Part shown: piece by piece, positions 43,447 to 56,062 of the stretch | Layout of the letters: every line of letters starts with the position of its first letter | Position numbering within the stretch: position 1 is the stretch's first letter | Source: Azolla caroliniana | Lineage: Eukaryota > Plantae > Polypodiophyta | NCBI GenBank assembly: GCA_043228905.1 | Contig: JBHGNT010000015.1 | Location: 15,438,001-15,502,000 of the forward strand | DNA: 64,000 bases | Direction: 5' to 3' | Notes under the pieces: generated by a model | What the model saw: the letters and a program-made list of their open reading frames with translations, nothing else | Told to the model about the DNA's origin: nothing | The model's database searches: none | Position numbers and translations under genes: made by a program

Positions 43447-43887
43447 ACTGAGTAAGCAAACAACAAAAACAAGTCCTATTCCAAAATAACACTCAGTGCA
43501 TACAATGTGCTCACTGAGCACTTTATATACAAGCCTCTAACAATAGGCCGACTCAAGAACTAAACAAGTACTAAATGCTCACTTATGAGCTCTCACAATT
43601 AATCAGCCTATAATACTCCTACTACTAAATTAGGAATATAGGTCCTAACGGCCATATGGCCTTACGGCCATGTTGGCTTGTTGACCCTTATGACCCACAA
43701 CCGAATCATCTTCGGCCTTCCGGCTCTTGCCAAGTCGGCTTCAGCCTCTTGTTGAGCTAGTTCTCTCAACAAAACCTTTTTGATTTCCTACCTTGTGTCT
43801 CTCGTCACTCTTCTCTCATATACACACATAACACACACCTCTCTAATCTACTTCCACACTACATAATTACACATGTAATTATTTACA
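39250..43887 (+). mobile_element. Old Ty1/copia element G, related to the A/B/C family (partial 5' LTR to 39422, PBS 39423-39434, gag mostly deleted, 3' LTR 42997-43887)
   Basis: WFVDSDASNHMTSH, LWHKRIGH, ILYVDDLVIG, TKHIEVHYHFIRE; both LTRs end ...aattatttaca; PPT gaagggg before 42997. Confidence 0.88.
43287..43771 (-). mobile_element. Solo LTR of the A/B/C family, inserted in the 3' LTR of G
   Basis: tgtaaa...ctcaaca is absent from G's 5' LTR. Shares the gtgctcactgagcacttt-atacaag motif with LTRs A, B and C. Degenerate TSD aagct/aacct. Contains (CA)n. Confidence 0.75.
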
Positions 43888-43999
43888 AAAATAAAATACA
43901 AATTTCATATATAAAGAAAAATTAGTTATTGATACAATTAGCATAGTATCTCAATGTAGTTTTTCTTTTCAAACAATGGGAAAAACACAAATAGGATAT

Positions 44000-44500
44000 G
44001 CGTGTAGGATACAACATTGTCTTTGGCCCTTGTTGAATAGACCCACATCTTATAGGTAACATCATCAATGAACATAATGTGTGCGTTAAAGCCCACCATT
44101 GGCTTAATCAATGGGAGATTCCTTTGCATTGAATGAAGTAGATAGTTCAAATATGTTACTAACATTCCCATCATTCCTAAATTGATCCTAACTTCTATGT
44201 ATACTTGCATAGAAGTTATAAAAGGGGAGGGATGTGAACTTACATGCATGCATCTAGACAATACGTGATGCAACTAGCCCCTTCTTTCTAATATGATAAT
44301 CAACCTTGTTGGATCCGGCACTTGCTCTAAATCTCCATCAATGTACCCCTAGTATTCTTGTCCTACATGCAATTGATTCATCTTGTACTTGTAAGTGGCA
44401 AAGTTGTTTCTATTCAATCCAACCTTTTCCTCAAGATGCAATCGTGTTTGCATATTCATCTTTGTGGTGGTTTTCACAAATTCCTTCTCCTCATGGACTC
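44000..44500 (-). mobile_element. Very old Copia integrase relic, E-like
   Basis: MFIDDVTYKMWVYSTRAKDNV resembles TFIDDSTRKVWAYPIRTKDRV in E. Confidence 0.6.
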
Positions 44501-46248
44501 CTTAGTAAGCTTCATTAACAACAAATGTGGTACTAGTGAACTTCGTCCATGAAAATGCTTACAAACTTTGTAACAATAATGGTCAACCTTGTTCACATAA
44601 GTGACCCAATTGTGGCACAAATGACCTCAACAACATACAAGCAAACAAACAAACTATGATCGAAATTAATCCTTCTGTTCTAATCCCCGTACTAATTCCA
44701 TATATAGAACTTGATGAGGTTCAATCAAGGGTTATAATTCAACACAAAAGAGAAAAAGGAGGCTATGTTTATTTGTGTGTATGTGTGTATGTTAGCAATT
44801 TAGATTCATTAGATAGAAAAACAAGAGGTGCACATTTCAAAAATTGGTTTATTATACAGTAGTTTTTATGTAGTTATAAAGAATCATAAACCAATCAATC
44901 ATGATGGGAGAATGAGAGTAATGTCATACAGTATCCAATGCATTCAATATAAAGGATATATTCTCACACATTTTTTTACAAAAGTGGACTTGTGAAACAC
45001 GTTTTCCAATGTGAGTGTTCACACGCAAGCTGTGGTACTTCTAGACACTATTTCGAACATTGGGTAATCCCCCGTGTACTTATAATGTTATTCCCCCATT
45101 AATGATAATTATTAGTATCATTTACATATAATGTTATTCCCCCATAATTATTAGTATCCTTGCACTAGCGCACATGTTATATGTATGTTGGTGATACATT
45201 CATTCTAGATAAGAGTCACCCATGTATAGCTCAAAAGTCTAATTAATATCCAATGAATATAGTAGCCAGACAATTGATTGATTGAATGTGATATGCATGC
45301 AACCAATTGTTTAGCACAATACAATTGTTCATATTATGAAAGAGTAATGTCTTTGATTTGTCAAGCCCATTGAGGCAAGCAAGATCAAATAACTCCATAC
45401 ACCTTGACCATCCAGCACAAGAAACACCGTCCAACGAGTCCAATGAGAAACACCACTTGGAAACCTTATTCCTTTGCAAAATTAATTGGACAAGATTGTT
45501 TAATTTTGCAAGTTACCATTTGATTATCGAATTATTCAAGTTTAACATTTGATTGTTTTATTTTGCAAGTTACCATTTGACCGGCCATTTCGTTGTCAAT
45601 GGAAAACTCTAATTACTAGTTAGAATTACAAGAATGCAATAGAAATCATATCCAACTAGTTCAATAGAGGTGTAGCATTTTTACTAGTGCTTAAAAAAGT
45701 GACCTTCCAAACTATCAAAAAACCCATGCTGGAGTTTAGATTAATGTTCCTATAATTTAAATGATACAACGAAAGTTTGTCTCTTGACTTTCAATATACA
45801 TAGAACCAACGAATGTTAATGCCATGACTTCGATTGCTCAATTATATCTTACAATTGAGTTACGTGTTGAATGTGAGATCCAAGAGTCGGAGCACTCCAA
45901 GATATATATATATATATATATAGTCTTGAGTGTATAATATGTGCATCACAAAATTGAGCAAGATGAAGCTTTATAAGAAGCACATGCAAAGTGTTACAAG
46001 GGTTCCAAACTTAGTCTAAAGATATGTACATTAAAAAAATCTCAATAGATAGATAAGAATAATAATACACGCATATTAATGAGTAAATAAATATATATAA
46101 ACTCATGGGAAAAAAATTGTTGAGGAAATAAATAAATTATTTTATTCCCAATAAAATTATTTATTTATTTCCATGGATTACTTAATAAATAAACTATATT
46201 TGAAGGGGGAGGTGGGGTTCCTTCATTCAGATTTAAAAACCTTTCCTT

Positions 46249-46599
46249 TTATAGACGCTTTCCTTTTATGGCTTGCAATGTCTTTGAATTGCCACCTGGA
46301 TTCGAGCCTGAGGTTGGCACATCACGATGATGAAAGCTATAGAATTGGGCATGATGGAAATGATAAGAAAAATTTGATGAATCTTCTTCTTCTTCTTCTT
46401 CTTCTTCACCTCCTCCTCTTCTCAAGAATCGACGATGTGGGTCTTGTTGAGGTCGACGATGAATATGATGGGTCTTGGTCAAAATCAATGGTAGCTTGCA
46501 ATTCGTATCAGTATTGGTGATAATTATTATAGAGACAATGAGTAGAAGGGAGGTGGTGGTGCAAAGGAGGAGCTTGAAACAATAATAATTCACCTGCAT
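46249..46599 (-). CDS. Putative small secreted peptide precursor, 116 aa, with a CLE-like motif
   Basis: Hydrophobic N-terminus MQVNYYCFKLLLCTTTSLLLIVSIIIITNT, low-complexity variable region, near-C-terminal RDVPTSGSNPGGN (46326-46288). Single exon. CT/CTT-rich upstream sequence typical of plant 5' UTRs. No recognisable TE nearby. Confidence 0.6.
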   Translation of the reverse strand: MQVNYYCFKLLLCTTTSLLLIVSIIIITNTDTNCKLPLILTKTHHIHRRPQQDPHRRFLRRGGGEEEEEEEEDSSNFSYHFHHAQFYSFHHRDVPTSGSNPGGNSKTLQAIKGKRL

Positions 46600-46729
46600 A
46601 ATTTGAACTAGGGTTAGAAGAAGAAGATGATGATAGTTAGAAAGAAAACTAGGGTTGAGGTGAGATTTGAACGTTGGTGGGTGTAACTCTTCAAAAATGA
46701 TGATGAGAATGAATAATGATTTACTCATT

Positions 46730-46940
46730 AAGTGGAGGAGGAGGGGGAGGAGGAGGAGGAGAAGAAGAAGAAGAGTATTGTGAAAGAGTATATTTATGCA
46801 TAGAGAGCTATATACATGCATGCAATACACATGTCACACACACACACATAGAACACATAAGAGAGAGAGAGAGAGAGTCAATATATGTATTATTACATGC
46901 ATATATATATATATATATATATATATTGTGTGTGTGTGTG
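46730..46940. repeat. Microsatellite cluster (GGA)n/(GAA)n/(CA)n/(GA)n/(TA)n/(TG)n
   Basis: Directly visible; lies in the putative 5' UTR/promoter of the peptide gene. Confidence 0.9.
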
Positions 46941-49663
46941 AATTCTCCCCCTTTGTGTGAAGACATGATTTTCTCATTACTTTTTTACTCTTTTCTTTTT
47001 GACTTAGATCTTCTAGGGTACAAAGTCCTCCTCTTTCATTATTTTGTACTCTTTGAAAAGAAAACATCTATAATAATTAGCCCCCCCAAACCCCGTCTTC
47101 CCCAAGTTCTTTTTAATTAAAATCGCAAAGTTGGCCTTGTTAAAATTTGGGAACATTTTTACTCATGCCATTCGACTCCACACACACAAAAGTTCCACTT
47201 GAGATGATCATTAGAGCAAAGCCTAGTTGAAGCTCCATTTCAATCACTCACTTTTTTGTGTGGTTATTGTGGGCTATTCGCCCATAATTGGTGCTAACAA
47301 GTTGCTCTCACATCCTCTGTGCAATTGGCAACAACAAGGAATAAACATTGTTGACATAATTGGAAAAAACAATACATCATTACTCTCAGAATGTTTACAT
47401 AATTGGAAAAAATTGTACATCATTAATAGCTTATATGGTATGCATATGTAAACTATCTCTCTTTTGATCATTTTTGCTTGGATTGCTCATATTGTGTTTA
47501 TATGTAAACTATCTCTCTTTTGACCATTTTTGTTTGTATTGCCCATATTGCGTTTATATTCGTCTCGAGCTAATCAAGTCTCATAAAAGCAAACATACTA
47601 AGCCTTAAATAGTGAATCAAATGTCATAAAGGCAAACATTCTAAGCCTAAAACTAAGAGAACATTTTGCTAACAAGTGGAATATGAAACATCATTGGAGG
47701 CACTTTATTTAGCTCTCTTCCATGGGTGACCCTAAATACACACTTTATTCATGAACTCTTGCATCCCTTTGACAAATTCTCATCGTGCATAGATGCAAAA
47801 GAATTATGGAGCCATGAGAAAGTGAGAGCCAAGAGCATGTTATGCCAACTACTTGGGAAAGAAATAGAGCTACAGAAACATTGAATCTAACACCATCCAA
47901 GGGTGGTTAAGCCAAACATTGTTTAGTTTTAAGACATAGAGCTATCTAGCTCCATAATAGGGTATTCAATCCATATATTATTAGTTTTAAGGCAAAATTG
48001 GACCATGGTTTGTGTCATGCAATTTAAATGCTGAAAGCTTTTGGGAGGCTTCCTCATGGAACTTCATACACTAACTAGGTGCAACCATATTGAAAAGCAA
48101 GAGCTCTCTGACATTAATTGGAACAAAGTAGGACATTGACATTAACTTGGTTTCCCTACTTGCCACATTCCCTATAACCAATTTAACCCCAAATAGAGTT
48201 CATTGGTAGCCCATGATCTCACCGAAACAGATCACTTTGGGGAAAGTTGAACTCAACCGTAGAAGATTTTCAAGACCACCTATGAGAACAATATACAAAC
48301 AATTGCAACTTCTGAAAATACCAATGCATTATATCTAGTGACAAAGGCAAAATACAAACTATAGGACACAAACGGTTGTCATAAACTCCCAACACAAACT
48401 ATATGGCTCAATAAGATAGAAACTTACCATATGTTTAGCTGGTCATCAAATTACATGTTAAAAAAACTTAAATGGCCATTCGCAATGTATGGTGAATGCT
48501 TCATCCAATTTAAAATAACAGATTCATAAATGTTGTGACTTGCAACTTTAGACTTGGCAATTTAACAAAGAGGTGTTAATAAGTGGGAAAGAGAGGTGTT
48601 AATAAAAGCACTTAAATGCATAAATGAGGCAACAAACTTTAAGTTTGAGGAGCAAGTTGCAATGGGGAATGAAACTTCTTATGATACCTTACCCTTTTCT
48701 TTCCACATGATGATGATTGCTCAAAAATCAAATTTCTAGAATTTGCACTTAGTGATTGGATTTCAAATGTGTGAAACAAGTTTTCACAAATTTACGCATA
48801 TACATTTTATTTCAGGATCCTCTAAATTGTTGCTAGCTCCCTATTATTTGAACTGTGGATAACGTTTCCCCTTCCAAAAACCTCAAAGTTCTTCTAGGAA
48901 AAACTAAAGTGCTCCTTTCTCGTTCATTTGTCACAATGACATTTATAAAAATTGAATCATTGTTTTTCGTACATGACTATTGTGCATAGTTTTCTTTCTC
49001 CGACATTCACTTTATCGAAATAAAAACTTGTACCAACCTCTATATACATATATATTTGATTTAATGTTTTTTAAGCTTTCATACCTTAGTTTGGATTTTA
49101 TGTATGTATTCCCACACATCATGCATTAGGACCTCAGGCTTGCCTTACTTTACCTTTTCCCATCTCTTTCTTACACTTTTTCATAAGGCAAAGAGATTTG
49201 TGAGAGCCTCGTTTGGTATACAAAAACAATGATGCAAGTTGTAGCATCACCAACATAACAATGATTGATCTCTTATCATCGTTCTAATAATGGATCAATA
49301 GCCCCCAAGCTAGAAGTTGATGGACATAACTTTGGGATGTGTACATGCTAGTCAAGGCATTTAATGTTACGACATTCACAATGGATTTGAACATAAGATT
49401 ATAGCCTTGAAGATGTGCTTACGCAATTAAGTGAGTTTAATTTTGGTTAATGATAAAGTCAGGGCAATAAGATACACCTAACAAATTTTATGGAGCAAAG
49501 GTGGACTTTCTTATAGTTTTGTGAGAGAGAAACTTGTGCCAACCTGGACCTTTAGGTTTTACAAAACAATGATGGAACTTGTGGCATCATCTACATAAGA
49601 ATGATTGATCTCTTATCATCCCCTTAAAGCTGATAGATGTAAGTATGAAACGTATCTATGCTA

Positions 49664-49737
49664 AATTTATCAATGATATTAGGGTGAAGTTATGATCAAG
49701 AAAGATCATAACTTCATCCTAATATCATTGATAAATT
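49664..49737. repeat. 34-bp inverted repeat with a 6-nt loop
   Basis: aatttatcaatgatattagggtgaagttatgatc-aagaaa-gatcataacttcatcctaatatcattgataaatt; one G:T pair. Confidence 0.9.
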
Positions 49738-49929
49738 AGGGTGAAGTTATGATATTAGGGGGAAGTTATACTCACACTCAAACCAAAATGGTAATTTAGT
49801 TAAGTATCTTTTTGTCAATCTAATTATGTAGGTATATAAGTGGATCTTAGCAGTTGGTGGAGATGGATTAATATTCCTGTTAACATTTGTTTTGTTTTGT
49901 TTTCAATTCACATTTGTTAATAGGTTCAT

Positions 49930-50210
49930 GTGTGGATGTTCCTAACTTTAACCATAATATGTTTATGTTCTCTTCATGTTAATTTTGAAGTTTTCATAGT
50001 GAGTTAGTGAGTTCGCCATTGGAATGGTGTTCCTAACGTTCACCACAATTAGTTTATGGTTTCTTTAATTATGTAATTATGAAGTATCCATAATTAGTTA
50101 GTGAGCTGGCCATTAGAAATGATGTCCTAACATTCACTACAATATTTTTATTTTTCCTTTAATAATGTTCATTGTAAAGCATCCATAATTAGTTAGTGAG
50201 TTGGCCATTG
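49930..50210. repeat. Three diverged ~95-bp tandem units
   Basis: Recurring cctaac...ttcac...aat...cataattagttagtgag.tggccatt. Confidence 0.75.
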
Positions 50211-51269
50211 GTGCATTCATTAGGTTGAATGCATGCTTATGAAGTGCAAAATGAGTTTATATTGTATTATTCTAGTTGAAGTTGTTTCTATGCGTCACAC
50301 GATGATTGGGACATTTGGATCTCTTCCTTCCGAGTTAAATTTCTACCTTTTATAAATGATTAAACAATGTGGATCAAATCAATTATTCCTTTACAAGGGT
50401 GATGGCTTAGGATCTTCTACGGTATTGGTAACTTGTTCTAGTAACCAATATATTTATGAATGTTATAAGTACCATCACCCATTTCTAAGTCATTTGTATT
50501 CCACCGACCCTAGCCTAAGTGGTGATCTAAGAGTCATTATCATTCTAGACGAGCTAGACTACCATTGAACTGTTTTACTCATGTTGGGGTCCTGTTTGAC
50601 CATTTAGAGGCCTTCTATGTGTTGCATGTAGTACCAAATATTTTCTCATTGTTGTAGATACAAGAACCACCTTACAAGATTCTTATGTTGTCTTAACAAA
50701 CTACGCAAAGAGGGAGAACATAACAATTATGAACGTCTTGTTTATGTCATCTTTGAGAACAAATAGAAAATGATTTGGTTTTGAGTGTAGTTTGCTTGAT
50801 AAACTTGGATGGTGTGTTTCTCCACCCAATCAAATATAGATCTCACACATAATAAAATGTGAACTAGTTTAAGGTGAGATCCCATAGCATTAAATGTTAT
50901 TAGCATACAATAACACAAACAATGCAACAAGAGTTCTAAAGGTTCAATTATGAACAATATAAGTTGAAAATTTGAATGATTAATGCTCCATAATAGAGGA
51001 ACTTAAATGTGCCTTGCAAGTTGGTCGTGTAAGAACATTTCAAACTTTTAAGTTGAAGAATGATAACATCAAATTATGTGAAGATTTAAAATTAACATTG
51101 TCTAATATTATTAGTGGAGGATGTTTAACTGGAAGAATTTGAATACTTATAAGAGTTAGATTAGGCAACTAATTAAGGAAGCATGCTTGTCGATGAAGAA
51201 GCTTTAGGAGAGGTATTGATGACAAAGTAAAGTGTCATAGATAAGTGAGCAATTTTTTGCATCATACAC

Positions 51270-52600
51270 ACACACACACGGCATTGAATGAACACACAAC
51301 ACAAATAAATGAATTGTCCACATGCACAATTAACATGTATGTATGCACAAACACACAATTTCAAAGGCAAATGTAGTGTCTACACAACAAGAGATGTCAC
51401 AAACGAAACAATTGAAACGAGAAACAACTTTACAAAAGCCTACCCAAACTTCTTTGTTAGCCAATAGGCTGAAACCCCAAGATCCAATCTTACCACATAA
51501 AGGGACAAAATACATACGTCTTTTTCATATCCCTTAAAGAACTTCACCCTATTCCGAAAAACAAGACAAATTCAAAACACAAACTCTAATAGTATTTATA
51601 GTTATTCATTTATCCATCACCAAGTTGTCAGGTCATAAATCTTTAACATCAACATCATGACACCTGCTATTACTATTACATTTGTTTATTAATTTGCACA
51701 TCTTTTTTACCCTCAAGGTTTACCAATAGATATCTAGATTTCACTAAACTTCATGACTATATAGTACCATTTGATTCTCATTCTGTTGAGTGGTAGTACA
51801 AGAGTCAAGGAATATTCTAGTCAAAACTTAGGTTTGTCCACTGCATGTACACATTTTTATATGATGTCTCTAAGCCTCATGATTTAAAACTAACATATCT
51901 CAAGATTAAGACATTGCTATATACGAAGTATTTTCATGCACACGACGAATTGAGGCAACTAATCATAGAGAAATAGTTGAGAACGATGAAAAACTAATGC
52001 ACCATTGTTGAATGAGCAATAACATACATCGGAAATGTGAACATGTTCTTAAATGAGCACACAACACATAGTTCTATTAGGACCACATAGCATAAGCACA
52101 CATGCACAAACAGAAAACAGAGACAAATAAATAAGTTATGTATATGCAAAACTAAACTAAACATAATGCAAATAACAAGATTGAATGACAAACAACTTTA
52201 CGTAAATAAAATACAAGTATAGATTTGTTTTCCATATCTCTTAAAATTCCCTCTCTTCCTAAAAACAAGACAAATTTAAAATATAAACTTATAAATTATA
52301 ATAATATTTTTATAGTTTTTCATTTATCCATTTTAGTTTAAAAATCTTTACATCAACATCATGATCCTTGCTATCACATTTGTTACACGTAGTTCACCTA
52401 TTTTTACTGAGTAAGTTTTATTATCGAAGGCTAGATTTCACGAACTATCCATTAATATGGAATACAATTTGATATTCATTCTATTTCTAGTACTAGCGTC
52501 AAGGAATATTATACTCCAAAACTTAGATTTGTTAGGTGTGCCTTACATAAGCTTTTTGGTGTTTTTGAGTCTCATGATTTTAAACTAACTTATATCGAGA
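51270..52600. repeat. Diverged local duplication (~51270-51910 versus ~52000-52600)
   Basis: Shared blocks aaaaacaagacaaatt, catttatccat, catcaacatcatga, ctagatttca, gtcaaggaatatt and aaaacttag in the same order. Confidence 0.7.
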
Positions 52601-54280
52601 TTTTGCCCAAATATTTTTCTAGGTTATCATGACGGGGGGTGCACATTAAGGAATGAGCTAGACTAAAGATATATAAAAGGGTGAAGGATATGGAAAAATT
52701 ATGACAAGGACATGGAACGAGATGGAGTCAAAAACAATAAAAAGATATACCTCATTTGTCAAGAGCTTACACTAAGAAAGAAAGGTTAAGGGTTGAAGTC
52801 TTCTTTGGATTGCAAAAGATGAAGCAAATGTCAAGGAGATGAATAAGAGGGATGTGAACGGATAGATATTGTGATTGACCTTTGTTCACACCATGTGCAA
52901 AAGGAAGAGAAGTGCAGTGTATGCTAAAAAGAGATATTTTTATTTGCATGAGGATATCTAGATGCCTATAAAAGGAGATGAGAGTTCATTGCAAAGGGGC
53001 TGATTTTACTATAGGGTGAAACCACCAAATTTTCAATATGAGCTCAAGATCATGAATCAAGAGGGATTTCAAGAACACCGATGACAAAAGGCGATGAAGC
53101 TCCATGAAATTTGATATCTCAATCTTCTAATCTATTTGCTATGAAACCACTCCGTGTTAACGGAGTAGAGTGTTATCTTGCGTCTATATAAATCAACCTT
53201 TCAATCTTTGATGTATTCTACCTTTTGATATTCATATAAATAAATTTCATTAATATACTATCTAGATTTACTCTTTATCAAATAGGGATCAAGTTAGACT
53301 TTTCACCTCAGAATTTTGAGCTTTGGGGCAAAACCCGGATTATTGCACTGACAAAACTCATCGCACCATTAGAACAAATTTGCCGCGAGTGTCGCAACGA
53401 TGTTTTTTGAGCATGATTCCAACTATCAAGCGGGAAGTTACGAGTGTACGAATAATATTTCAAACGATGAGAGTCAAAACCGCTATGCCGACAGAAGTCA
53501 ATGGTGGCTGAGAAGGGAGGCCTAGATTTGGGAATTCCCCGAACCATCAAGCCTTGATTCTAGTTTTGAAATCGGGGATAGTTTTATGAATTCCCAGAAT
53601 TATGAAACCCCAATTCTAACTCCTCCTTTGACAAGCCTTCGAACCGCTAATTCCAAGTATCCCCAAAGGTAGAAAATGGGGAAAAGGGCAAAAAATGTAA
53701 ATATATATATTAAAGAAAATAAAATTAGTGAAAAATAATTGTCTTAGTGGTTTGTGTCATTGACTATGTACTAGGGATGTAGAGTTTGAATCTTTGCCCG
53801 TGTGAATAATGGAACTATTCCTTAATCTTTGCATTTTCAATGTAAGGGGGCATAATATGCATTTAATGTAAAATGAGGTGCCTCTCTCTCTCTCTCTCTC
53901 TCTCTCACTCATACGTACCATATGTGCATTCACATTCGAGAATGTTTCAATCATTCGAGTATGGTAAATACACTCGAACAATGGTAAATACCATACTTTT
54001 GGATTCACTATTTACAAAAATTATAGAAACTATTTCAAAATTATAGAAATTATAGAAATTACTTCAAAATTATAGAAATTACAAAAATTACTTCAAAATT
54101 ACAGAGAAATTGGGTTAAAGCATGGGAATGGAAACACTATTATAGCTAAGATGTTGCTAAAATGTCCATAGCTATTTAGCTATTTGTCTAGCTAAATTTG
54201 TTTGCAAATCATATGGACCATTTACGATTTTTTTTGCTTTATTAATTAAATACATGTCATTTATTATGGTGAATAGGTAA

Positions 54281-54811
54281 TGTTGAGATATCAAGCTCAA
54301 CTAGGTTTAGTTGATTTGTCATATGTGTAAGTTAGTAGTCACACACATAAAATCTAGTTAGTGTGTTGAGTACAAAGCCCTAAATTGGATTTTAGGCTTG
54401 TACTTAAGAATGGATACATTCTAGATCCTCCACTACCGAGTACATTTAATATAGGACTTATATCCTTGTACCTATATTCCCTCACATATGTGCACCCTTG
54501 CACATGAGATGTATATATACCTCATGATGGGTATTTTTGTAACTTGTGTTAACCATCCCTCATCTTGTCTTATTGTTCATAAGTGTAACTTCCTCTCTCT
54601 CTTCCTCACACACACACAATCACTCAAAAATTTGAACTTGGATTTCTGATGTAGTGGAACATGGGGAACAATGCCCTCATCTAAACTCGAAGTTAATGTC
54701 ATCAAAGTCTTGTTAATCCTAGGTTTTAGTTCGAAATTCAAACAGATGGAGTACTTTGATCATGAATACAGACGAAGCTCCCGCAACAGTACCAAATCTT
54801 TGATATCAACA
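54281..54811 (+). mobile_element. Possible solo LTR
   Basis: tgttgag...tatcaaca termini, internal TATATATA and CT-rich tract; no matching TSD. Confidence 0.35.
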
Positions 54812-55987
54812 TTCCACCTTCAGACCTACAACACACCACCCGTTCTCTCCTTGTCAAGGTATGCATAAACTAACACATTACATGCTTTTATATATCCTTT
54901 TCTTTCCCTTTATTGTAACTGTCTTGCATCACTATTTTATTATAAACGATTAGGGCCCATGAGTATCACAAAACAATGAAGGAATCAACTAACCCTGAAA
55001 CGTATAGGATAGCATGGGCTCTTGGAGATGAGGCGTTGGTAGAATGATGCCGGAAGATGGGGAACCTGCAACAGAAGATGGTGCGATTCTGGAGCATGCT
55101 AGTTGATGATGCAACTACCGACTCTCAACAAAACCGCAAGGAGACACCACACAAAAACAACATCAAAGAAAATGCCAATGATACAGGTGAGACATTGATT
55201 AGTGATATGCTGAAAAATGTTCATGAAGCCTGCGAGACATTGGAAGCAACAAAGTTTGCCTTAGAGAAAGCAACTTTGGTTGCTGTCATGGAAAGCAAGG
55301 TCACTTTGGCAATGACAACAACTAGAACCAAGATTCACGTAGATATTTTTTTGCTAATATGTTATAAATAACTTGTACATGAAAATGTGCTCAGTGAGGC
55401 ATTATTTGGATCAGGTTGCTCAACATGAGCTCGATACTGAGGGGTCGCTGGATCCCGAGCGGAAAATATAGCTACAGACGGAGATTTAGGTTCTTACAAT
55501 GAACCTAGATCTTCTAGGGGTTAATCCTGTCGCTTATAACGATGTGGAGAACCTCCAAGTAAGTTAATGATTCCTGTTTCTTGTTGTTCATTCTTCGTCA
55601 TTCTAGGAATGATAAATTGGTAAAATTTTTGGTTGCGTTCTAGAAACAATACACAAATCAAGAACAGGTAGTTAGTTGCCTTAAGAAGCAACTAGAATTT
55701 GTGGAGGGGAATCCCTAAAGTGTAGACAAGAATTCGACATTCTTGCTCCCTTACCAAAAGTAGTAGAACCAGGCAACAATATATTGACTGTTCAAGGATG
55801 TTGCATCGTTTGCGGCTTAGCTATAGAGGACAAAACTGCTACTATGCTGTACACCTACGAGCATGCCAACATACATATAATATCGCTTGATTTGCATATG
55901 CCTGTTGCACTATTGCAGTATGTTTGGGGGATTGCAATACAACTCTCCCTAATGAGTGGAGAAAACAGACAAGTAAATTTGCTTCTT

Positions 55988-56062
55988 GCCAATCTATAGT
56001 GTAGTAGCTACTTAGCTAAGGTTGTAGAAAAGCAATAACTAATTAGCCGCATTAGTTAAACC
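55988..56062. repeat. Left part of the TAGCTAATTAGCTA array, split off by Copia F
   Basis: gccaatctatagtgtagtagctacttagctaaggttgtagaaaagca matches units at 61.5-62.4 kb. Confidence 0.85.

Noticed and set aside
46173-47120. Overlapping poly-Leu/poly-Gly/poly-Glu ORFs, including the first 77 aa of the 193-aa ORF
   Set aside because: Products of microsatellites; only the part from Met at 46599 has gene-like architecture.
52600-53300. LTR-like stretch with CTATAAAAGG
   Set aside because: No defined TG...CA ends, TSD, PBS or PPT.
55057-55371. 104-aa ORF with a coiled-coil-like stretch (ETLEATKFALEK)
   Set aside because: Could be a gene fragment, but I cannot assign a family or consistent exon structure.
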